Shown: piece by piece, positions 11,135-21,427 of the stretch
Numbering within the stretch: the first letter of the stretch is position 1
Layout of the letters: every line of letters begins with the position of its first letter
Source: Catajapyx aquilonaris
Lineage: Eukaryota
Reading direction: 5' to 3'
Assembly (NCBI GenBank): GCA_000934665.2
Contig: JYFJ02001138.1
Span: 62,001 to 89,731 of the forward strand
Length of the DNA stretch: 27,731 bases
The notes under the pieces: model-generated
What the model saw: only the letters and a program-made list of their open reading frames with translations
Databases searched by the model: none
Told to the model about the DNA's origin: nothing
Program-made: the position numbers and the translations under genes

Positions 11135-13379
11135 GGGGGATCTATACGAGTTCGCTTTTTTCCTCCTCATCTTCTTTTACACCATCACACTTTTTCTACT
11201 TTTTTTGCACCCTACCTATGTCAATGTCTTCAGGAGCCATGAGCTGCGTGCTGTTTGCCATTGGGATTTGACCTTGGAGCACGTGTGAATGTGCTTTTAA
11301 TCACTCGGGATACCTGCGGTTCCTAGTCACACGTGCAACTGATTATTCCGCTATTGAGTCGTGTTCTATTTTTCCTAGCTCTCTTTGTTGTCAAAAGTAT
11401 GCTGCCGTATCCGTTTGCTAGGGGCAGAAATTTTGCGAATATTTTATACCCGTCTGGCCACTTCTATGCAAAAAAAGGGTCGTAATTTTTAAAGAAAGTA
11501 TGTAGTCTAAAATTGGCCTCAAGGGCGACATTATTTACTCATATGTCCAATAAGTGACGGTCATGCAGAGTTGCAATCTTTTAGTTGTACTGTATGGGTA
11601 AGTTATAGTAATTTTTTTAGTGAATTGAGACAAATTAGCACATTTCTACAACTCTGCAGCATATTGCCTATAGAAAATACTTGACATGTAATAGCACAAT
11701 CCCCTCACATTTTTTTCATAATTTTTTTTTGAAATTTCACACAAATTTTTAATTAATATGCAGTATAGTGTCAACAACACAATTATTTTCCTATTCTGTA
11801 AGCAAATCAGCCACTTTTTTCCCATGATTTTCGCATGACCCAAGTTGACAACTGTCTGTACCTTACAGATACGCTGAGAATAGTATGATAACAAGCCAGA
11901 AAATGTTTGTGTGGAATTATAATTTGCCTCGACCTCCCAGATATTACGTGCAGCATGCGCCTGCCACCCTCCCGTCGCAACGCTCCCCGCTTTTCCCTCC
12001 CTCCCCTCCCTCCCAAGCAAGCAGGCACCAACCAACCAACCCCCAACTCATCATCCAGCCTGCTAATGAAAAATTAAAAAGCCATGTGCGGCCAGCGGAT
12101 TTGGCTGCGAAGCCACAAGAACACTTGAGCAGCATCAGAGAGGAGTGTTGGGTTGGGGGAATTAGTGTCCCCAGAGGAAAATGCATGCCTCTCCGGCTTC
12201 CAATTACCCATAATGCCTCTCGCTATATGTATGAGGGGACTAATACCCACCTTCCCTTCACCATGTACATTTTTTTTTGAAAAAAAAAAAATCTCATGAA
12301 AGCACAGAGAAAAGGGTCTATAGAGTGTAAGCTTGCCAAGTTCCTAAACAGTCCTACATGCTCTTCCCTGCTGAAGCTTATAGGCCTAAAATCACTTAGA
12401 TGAGGGGGGGAAATGTTAAAAACTATGTGCATTGTGCCGACTTCATTGCATTCGTTAATTATTACTATAGCTTTAAATATACGTATAACACGGCATATCT
12501 GCTGATGGGCTCATATTTTGGTTGTAATTATATTTTTCTTGCAGATTCCGGTTACATATGCCAATATATTGACTTCCTATTGTTCACTACGAATATACCT
12601 GAGATGAGGCGACAGAGGCAAGCGTCCGCAAAATTTCCACCGATACGGATCTGAGCTGACTATTGTTCCAGAATCGCTATATTAACTATCGAAGTTCTTC
12701 CACAGGCCTACTTTGAATATGATCAGGATGTAATGGAAAATGTGCAAACAAGCGTAAATTAAAGAAGCTTAGATGGTAAAACTGCCCCTGGAGAAGAAAG
12801 TGCTGGAGCCATATATAGGCAGAACCAAAGTCGTGCGCCACAGCTTTTACCTTAATTGTAAGCTCCCCATCCACGTTCAATTTTCACAAGTCACTTCATT
12901 GTTTACAGTGCCACCAGCAAATGTACCAAAATAAGACGGATATAAATGGTTCACATGAATTCAGGGAGAAGTCGATATAAAGAAAGGGTGTCACGTGGAA
13001 ATATACTTGGTGGTATGACGTCATGAGATTCAGAAACTTCACAGGGGTGATGACCTAACAACAAAAATGTATAGGAATGTAAATTGATTAATAAAATGTT
13101 ACTTAGGATTGTTAGCCCTAGTCCAGGGTAAGCCATGGGATCAAAGGTCACTAAAAGCAGTTTTGCCCCAGGTCGTGACGACATCTCTGAGCCACTTCCT
13201 TAACTTGTCACGTTGCACACGCGCACTGTTTCCTGACAGAGGCTTGCAGCAGCTTTACATAGTTAATCCGGCTATCCGATTATTTCGCAAAAATATCTCG
13301 CTTGAATTCATGAGTTTCATTTACTTCCATCATATTAAATTTTGTTTCTAATCGTGCATTTACAATATCTTTTTGTCTA

Positions 13380-13689
13380 ACCGAAGCAGGTTGGTGTATT
13401 GGTTAAGGAGTCCGACTGCTAATCGGGAGGTCCTGGGTTCGATTCCCGGGGCCAGCGATCCTGACCGTGGTTTTCTGTGGTTTTCCACTGTCCCCACCCC
13501 CAGGATAATTCAGGGGTCGCTTCCGTATAATAGGCCACAGCCGCTTCCTTCCTTCCCTACATCCTTGGCCCCACCCATGTGTGAAGAAAGAAGTTCAGAA
13601 AAATTGAGAGGTAAAATTGTGGTATGCCACCCCCCTAATGGTGCGCCGATTCTCTCAGCGGGGTAAATAAGTAAAATAAATAAATATGA
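13380..13689 (+). mobile_element. Full-length tRNA-derived SINE (family A) with 16-bp TSD
   Basis: A box TGGTGTATTGG 13392-13402; B box GGTTCGATTCC 13436-13446; central GTGGTTTTCTGTGGTTTTCC...GGCCACAGCCGCTTCCTTCC segment; (TAAA)n-like tail. TSD AATATCTTTTTGTCTA 13364-13379 / AATATCTTTTTGTGTA 13690-13705 (15/16 match). Confidence 0.92.
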
Positions 13690-16419
13690 AATATCTTTTT
13701 GTGTAGACAACATAGCAAGAAGTGGACTATTTCCTAACACGATATAAGGGCCAACCAAAGTCTAAACCACACACAAAAAAGCACCACTTCCAATTTCATG
13801 GCTATGCAGGTAACAACAATGGTCGGTCTAAGAAGAGCTCATGAAACCGCAGATACCTGAGCTCATGCACAGGAAGGTTACAATGTTACGTCGGCCTCCT
13901 TTGACCCATCCGATTCCTCTACTTCTTTCTGTTCCTTCCCTTTCGAATTTTTCCAACCCACCTTTATTTACCTTTAGAGGCAGGCCGGGACACCTTGGCC
14001 GGCAGCAGCATCCATGGAGGCCCCCAAAAACCCAACCCAGGCCACAAAAACGGCCGACCCGACCGACCTGTGATTTATACCCCCTGGGATGCTTGCAACC
14101 CTTTTTTCTTCTCCTACCCCCCTCTCCTTCTCCCCATTTTACTTGCAGCATTGGAAATATACTGCCATCAATTTATGGCCTCCACAACCCACCCAATGAA
14201 ATTCGGAGGGACATTAAGTTGTCATCCCGGTGAGTCAGGGTCCTACACGCTCGGTAGACATAAGTGGAGGCAGATAAAGTATGTGATATTGTTATGCATC
14301 AAATGCTATTTGAAAAAAAATGGTAATATGATGAATAATATCAACGATGACCTTGACTAAGTAGTTTGCCGAACTTGTTTTATAGTGAAGTAGGCCAAAT
14401 GCATAATAAGCAATACAGCACCCCCTGTACCTCCCGCCCTTCCCTCTGGCTCGAACACCTTCTAGGTGACAAATTAGGCCTCCCTCCTCGGCGGCTGAAA
14501 GGAGATGAAGACGTAGAGGGGCCCCGACCTCTGAGCCCGACCTCCCCGATTCGTCCCCTTCACGTTTTCAAACTCCACGGCCCTTCGTGACAAAAGTTCC
14601 ACTCACTAACACCACCGCCACCTATGCATAACCGCCCCCCCTCTAAACGGCCCATAAAATAAAACGGTGCAACTGAACTGACAATAGCTATGGTGACGAA
14701 ATGAGTCTCAAAGGGTACCAATAACTACCTAGGTATTATTAATAATACTGATGTACCTATATGTAAGAGTATGTGACCACACCTTAGGTTCTTTCTTCAC
14801 TATTTTCTGCAGGTGGAAAAACAGGTGAAGGTCATTTGATGCAAAGTTTGGGTCATCGGCTGGACTGTTGAATCCCCCCCCGTCCCACCCAGAAAAGTGG
14901 ACTGGTTTTAGATTTGGCAGTTTAATTGAGAAGCTGAGAGCAGGTATTCAGGTGTGGAGTTTCGGTACTGACTGCCGACATCTCACGGCTTTCCAGTGAA
15001 CTTTCGGTAAATCAGTTAGCTCGCAATAGTATAGCAATGGACATCACCAATTTCTCAACCCCTTTTTGTCCGGATAGTGGAATAGGTCAACAGAAGGTAT
15101 GGATACCAACAGCAACCCACGTTCAAAGGCCTGTTTCCATTGACGGAAAATCAACAACTCTCTGACCAGGTAGGTCTACATCACCTTTGTGTGCAAGCCT
15201 ATACACGTGCAATGGAGAAAATTTCAGAGTGGTAATCCGGGTAGCAGTGCTACAGGAAATCTCATCAAGCATGGAGGTACACAGTGTCGGTTGTCGTCGG
15301 TTGCAAACGTGGGTCTCCCCCCAATTTGTCCGAAGAATAGACTATCTTTGGTGCTCTCCATGGGGTGGAAGCTGCTGCATGATGAGTATGGGACGAGTGA
15401 GGGGCCATCTTCCGCCCGGATGCCCCACGAAATGAGAAGGATCCGGAGGGGAAAGGGTGCCGGCACTCACACCTTTTGAGCAAGACTCCAGGGGGTCCTC
15501 CTGCCCTTCCACCAATTTGATGAAAAGTTTTGAAAACAGGGGCCGCGGCCTGCTTCCTTCGTTTCCCTAGACCGACATCTACTTTTCCGGATAGCTGCAC
15601 CCGGATTTTGGCGGGATTGACGCCCTTGTCCACTTCCATGTGCCGACAAATAGACCTCCCGATGGGTTGCCCGCTCCGATGCTCCTCCAAGACACTTTTC
15701 CTACTCCCTGTCCCCCCTCCCAAGGACGGACAATTTATGTCGGGCTGTCATTCTCGCAAGGACATTTACTTGTCTCCCGTCGTATAATCATGGTCTTTAT
15801 TCCGAGTGTATAGCAGTTGAGCAGTATTCATTACACTTAGTCTCAGAGTGTTCATTACACAAGACAGTAACCTATGATCTGACAATCTTTCGGAGTGGCG
15901 CCACTGTGCAAAACTCGTCGAAATGACGAAAAGTATCGATATGGTGAGTAAGGCACTCTTTCAAATGGAAAAATATTTTACCGTCATTAGAGACACAGCA
16001 TTTTTATGCTAATATACAAATTGCACCAGGTAATTCACAAGTTCGCATTTAATATGTATCATCTGGTGTAATGTTTGCCAACAAGACACCAGGTGAAACA
16101 TGAGCAATAATTATACCACACATCATCTATATTAATAATACCCGACTGTCATGGAAACTCCTCCCGCACCGTACGGCCTACAGCTTTGGGAGTGGTGTCA
16201 AAATTTTGCCCGTGTTTTCTATATTTTGCTAACTACTTTTGTCTTTTTGGAAACGGTGCCGAGGGACTTTGTAAAACTCAAAAAACGCAAAAAGAAGCCG
16301 ACCGTGGCCGTTCCACGGAATTCCTATTTCCGCCGTTCCGGGCGCCACCTCCTGGGTGGCGACTCGCTTACTTCTGCACTTCACCGTCGGATGTCGCTTC
16401 GATGCTGCTGCCTGGTGCG

Positions 16420-16421
<2 letters not shown>

Positions 16422-16473
<52 letters not shown>
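16422..16473. repeat. (TC)26 microsatellite
   Basis: Perfect dinucleotide repeat. Confidence 0.95.
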
Positions 16474-16475
<2 letters not shown>

Positions 16476-17142
16476 CTTTTGCACTTTTGCCTAATTTTTT
16501 GCCTAATTTTGGCAAGTTGGTGCCTAGTTAGGTTATATTCCAAGGAAGATAGACGGGAAACAAATGTTTGGATAATTATTCTACTTGTAATAGTTGCTCC
16601 TTGTTACAGGCTGGAGTAAATAAGCCATATAATTCAACCCTCCACTTACTGTTTAAAAATTCCTATAGTTGGCAAACACTCTATCACGTATACATACACA
16701 GTTTTGGTAAACATAATTTAAGAGATTATATGCGTAGTTAACGAATAAACCATTTCAACTGAATGTCACAAGGAATGGCCTTTATGAAGCAATTATCAAA
16801 AGCGTTACTGGCCCCATAAAATTACATTGCAACACTTATTTCGTGTTAAGTCAAAGACAATGTCAGTAATTTACTAATATGCAATATATCCTCATGTTAC
16901 AAGGTCCCAACCGTACGCATAGTTGAGAATCTATTCAGATGAAAATATGCGAAAAATCTGGACGGGTGTTTCAAATTAGGTTCACATCCGATTAGTGTGT
17001 CATAAGATTGAACCCTCCAGCAGACTTTACCGGGTCCAACAGCATGCGGGTGACACGGGATGGAGAGGGGGAAGGCGAGCGAAAAAGACGCAATAATGAC
17101 TTAGAATGCATGGTTTATTCAAGAGTACTTCCAAGACCACTA

Positions 17143-17330
17143 GGCCCGTATACATAATGGATTTTCGAAAGCGGACTCAGGGTTAACACCGAGTTGAGAG
17201 GGGGGTTAACCCCCTGTTCGTATACATAATGGCAGTTCAACCGAGCTCCTTGGGATCAAGTTGGACAACCCTGGTCGGGCAGCAGGGTTGACTCTGTCAG
17301 CTGGGGGTACGTTTGAAAATGGCGGGCAAC
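17143..17330 (+). mobile_element. Candidate left end of a PIF/Harbinger-like DNA transposon with subterminal repeats
   Basis: Starts GGCCCGTATACATAATGG. CGTATACATAATGG is repeated exactly (17147-17160 and 17219-17232), GGGTTAAC occurs twice, there is a palindrome GGGGGTTAACCCCC 17201-17214 and an inverted pair CAACCCTG/CAGGGTTG. No right terminus found. Confidence 0.4.
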
Positions 17331-17898
17331 CGGCAAACTCTCACAACATTAATGGATGTATATATATGGAAAGTTGTGATGAATGTTCAGAAGCGAGATT
17401 GAGGATCAAGACGCAGTGTGTCTGCCTTAGGCAAAGCTGCCAAATACTTCTATTGTTGGAGGCGGTGTAGCCAGATATCCGCGTGTCACCTGTAGGTGCG
17501 AAGGACTCAATCCTCCCGAATCCTGTTATTGGTAGGCTGAACGCGAATCGGAGGTAAACGAGTCGGCTTAACAGCACAATACCGTTTCAACAAGGACCAT
17601 ACCGAAGCTAATTTGAGCATATAAGACACCATAGTGTAGCTCTCTCGACGCGTAATCACTTCCTTAGATCGATAAAGCAACTTATCCCAGCTACTTCCAG
17701 TTTACACACCTTTGAATCACCCTGTATATGCAGGTAGGTAGCCTACTGATAAGAAAACAACCCAAAATTTTCTCTGACCGTGAGAAGTTTTTCCTGCAGA
17801 TCCTTATATGATTGAACATAGCTACTATTCAATAGGCTACTGATTGTGAGTATGTGAAATGTCAGTAACTCAAATGATGGGAACTATAAGACCTCGTA

Positions 17899-18216
17899 GG
17901 GGAGGCGGAGTGGTGCTGCGGTAACGTATGCGCCCACGGATGTTAAGGTCCCGGGTTCGATCCCAGCCCGGGGACACCCCCTTCATCTCGTGCAGAGTTT
18001 AGGTCGTCTCTGGCTTCGTCTCGGGTGGAATCTCCAATAGACATATCCACCCGGGGGAGTTCACAAAATGTATCCATATCAGTCCGCGCACAGCACTTTG
18101 CACATCACCTCCTGCCCGTGGGCCCGGGCGTTTCAATGAGTAGGTTCCAATGTATAATAATACAATAAAGGTTCCGTGTGATATACCCCCACAGGGGGTG
18201 AAAGCACTTACCCAGG

Positions 18217-18275
<59 letters not shown>
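17899..18275 (+). mobile_element. Full-length tRNA-derived SINE (family B) with (ATT)n tail and TSD
   Basis: A box TGGTGCTGCGG 17911-17921; B box GGTTCGATCCC 17954-17964; 3' hairpin ACCCCC-ACA-GGGGGT 18185-18199; ~20 ATT units from 18217. TSD TATAAGACCTCG at 17885-17896 and 18276-18287. Confidence 0.92.
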
Positions 18276-18279
<4 letters not shown>

Positions 18280-18921
18280 AGACCTCGGAAGAAAAACGAT
18301 CAAGGTCCACCTCAGGTGAAACTGAGATAATTCAATAATATTTTCAATTTCCAAGGCCCATAAGGCTCCACTGTAAATCCCATTTTCGGGGCCTTCCATT
18401 GTGACCTATATGATCACTACTCAACAACCACGACCAAACCATCATATTCTACATTAGTGGAAGTATCATCTGAGATATGTAACTCATTTTTGACAAAAAG
18501 TGGACCTTGATCATTCTTCTCCCGAGGTCTTCAATTGTAATAATAAAATCTCTGGACGCGAAACTAATAAATCTGTTATGTACTGTAGAACATACGGAAA
18601 AGGGCACCCCTGCTGTTTTAATTACAACATTACACATGAATTATATTCCTAAATAATTACAGGAAACTATATATGTGAACGGGGGCATCAGCAGCAATGA
18701 AAGAAGTTGGTGACGACTTATTGTTGAAATTCGATGTGCCATTATAATGCACATCCGGCCTTTGGGGTAGGATTACGAGGAACAAAGCGTCTTTGGATAA
18801 CCACTGTCAGAAATGGAAGGCGATAAAAGAGCCTTAAGTCCTAATTTATAAATCCAATCTCTTTAGTGCCTGCAGGTGTTACCATTGAATTCACGCAGCA
18901 AGTGTTAATACAGAAACACAT

Positions 18922-18971
18922 GTATATTGTACTAAATGGTATCATGCATGATACCATTTAGTACAATATAC
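18922..18971. repeat. Perfect 50-bp palindrome with no spacer
   Basis: GTATATTGTACTAAATGGTATCATG|CATGATACCATTTAGTACAATATAC; all 25 pairs checked as complementary. Confidence 0.97.
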
Positions 18972-19328
18972 CTCAGGTTAGTGACATGTAAGTTATAGAG
19001 TCTAGTTGGTTCTATTTCGTCTCCTGACACATTCTTTGACAGGTAGTACATCACAATGTAATACCGCACCTCACACCATCTTGTATTTTTCTTTTAATAT
19101 TCCCAACGATGTGCTAGCCTCAATTTAGCAGAATTAATTACATAAACGCACATGCAGCTTCCACCACACTATGAAAGTGAATAGAGTGGAAAGCTACTTT
19201 AGGAAAAAAGCATCCATCATCTTCCCAGATGGATGATGATGCAAAAATTGGGATTACTACCTAAAAGTACACAAGGAGGCTTTCCCCCCCTCCATCTTTT
19301 TCCTTCCCTTCTTTGTGCATCAGCGAGC

Positions 19329-19348
19329 GTGTGTGTGTGTGTGTGTGT
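19329..19348. repeat. (GT)10 microsatellite
   Basis: Perfect dinucleotide repeat. Confidence 0.9.
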
Positions 19349-21378
19349 AGAACGTAAAACGAAGCAAGTTAGGAAGGGCGGGCGATGGTGACGGCTGAGG
19401 GCAAAATAATCCCCTTTGAAAAGTAAAGGAAAGGATTTGGACGCGGAGGATCCGGGGCCGCAACTTGGTGACTGACGCGACATGAAAGGAACTGTTTGCC
19501 CAGCTAGAACTTTTTCTTCTTTCTTTTTCTAGACAGCCCTGAGGGTTGGGTTGCCCGCAAGGAGGAACCCAAGGAAGGTTAATGCAATTTTTTTTTCTTC
19601 CTTTTTTCCACTTCCCTTTTTTAACACGAAAGGGTGGGAGGGCTCAGAATATTAAGAGGAAAAAAATAAGCACAAAAGGTTGGGCAACGATCCGCATTTA
19701 GTCTCTTCCCTCCCCCTTGCTTTTTAGACCTACACGATTCTTAGGGTTTGAAGCAAGCTACCTTTTGGGGTATAGAAGAATGGTCGATTGGGAAAGTGTG
19801 CAGAAGGAAAGTCAACCATTCATTCACTTTTTTTTTTAAATGATTCATTGGAGCGAAAATTGAGATATCCAACCTGACCCTGCACATATTTTTGTAAAAA
19901 TTGGGGATCAGCATTTTGTGATGTTGGAACCGAGCCAGGTTGATTCTCATTTCTATGCTCTATTTAGTTTGGGTTCATCACAAACTACATGCAAAATGAC
20001 CCCATTCTCTTGAGGGAAGAAATCTGTGAGCTAATTTCATTTAGGGCAATTCAGCTAGGTTATTAGACACATTATACCTCATTTCCATTGCCTAATTGAG
20101 TGAAGTGAACCCAACACCTCCCACCCCTCCCCTTAAAGAAGAGTATATATACACTCGACCCAAGTAACCTTGCAAACTTTTCCCAAATTTTGGACTCCCC
20201 CCTCCCCCTCCCCCATCCCACCCTTCTCCCTCCCAATCCTCCAACTCTCCTTTCTTGCAACTTTTCCAAACCAATTTTCACTCTTAATTAAAGAAACTTC
20301 CGCAGCAAATTTATGAGATTAAGACTATTAACATAAAGCACTCTTCCGGAGGTAATTAGACTAGACTAGAGAGGAGAGAACTTACTGCAGAGCGCTATCA
20401 GGACCACCTATATATTACAATAGTCTACGCATAGGCAGGAAAAGCTCCGTACATTTGGCACCAAGGATCCGCTTCGAAATTGATGACTTCATTAAGTATA
20501 CTGGGGAGGGGTTTGAGTTGCTAAGCATCTCTGAGTGGTATATATACTTCTGGTATCAAGTCAGTGGGCATTTTGCCTGAAACTGTTGAGGCTTTCTATG
20601 TTAAGATGCAGATGTTTCGAATAAATTGGCATTATGGCTATAACAGTTGGGTATGTGCTCTGTTTACAACGTGCTGTTGTGAAGGCTATACAAGATAGTG
20701 TTTTTGAGACACCCGAATGTCCGTAATATCATTGTCGATGTCATATATGAATAGTAGAGCAGCATGAGAACGACTAACCAACCAGCATATAGTGTCCATA
20801 CGTTGTAAATTTACCACAGTGTTGAATTACACGTATGACTTTAAGTCAGCATTTCACTGATTCAAAATGTCAGCGAACATCAACTCTGGCTGTATGTGAC
20901 CAACATATGCTTGGCAGTGAGCCAACAAATCTTCCACTCCAGACTCTCTAGGGGCATAAAGTGGTAATTGCGGTAATAGCAGTAGTTTGTACTGGGTGGG
21001 GATTCAAAACGCAGGCAGTGTTGGCAGATTTGACGCCACTTGGATGTTCTGTAGCTAAGCAGATTATACACGGTGTCCACCAAAAAGCGACCAGGTTTCG
21101 ACTGACATGTTGCAGACGCTGATGGATTACGCTTGTGTTGTAAGACAACCAATATTGCGTCCACGTTTCTTGGGCCATTCACACTGTCTATACTATAAGT
21201 GTATGAAGTTTCCTACATAAAAATATAGGAAAAAGGAGGCCCTGTCGTGATTTGGCAACAGAATGAGAATTTCTGACTATTTTTTTGTCTCCCTTGCCGT
21301 CTCTTCCGGCTGCTGCAAGTGATTCGATTGATCGTGAGGAAACGTGAGCCTCGGAGAAGCTCTACAAGAAAATTGAAA

Positions 21379-21427
21379 GGGAGTGGGGATAGGGAGTGGG
21401 TAGGAGGTGGGAGGGAGGGAGAGAGGG
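21379..21427 (+). other. G-quadruplex-forming motif
   Basis: GGGAGTGGGGATAGGGAGTGGGTAGGAGGTGGGAGGGAGGGAGAGAGGG contains eight runs of three or more G with mostly short loops. Confidence 0.6.

Noticed and set aside
11049..11288. Lys-rich ORF with a hydrophobic segment
   Set aside because: Produced by the AAG microsatellite and T-rich sequence.
13386..13458. Functional tRNA-Ser(GCT) gene
   Set aside because: Acceptor-stem mismatch, no long variable arm, and embedded in a TSD-flanked SINE.
15189..15479. BED zinc-finger-like phrase (GSSATGNLIKH)
   Set aside because: No CxxC pair or second His at the proper spacing, and no hAT transposase continuation.
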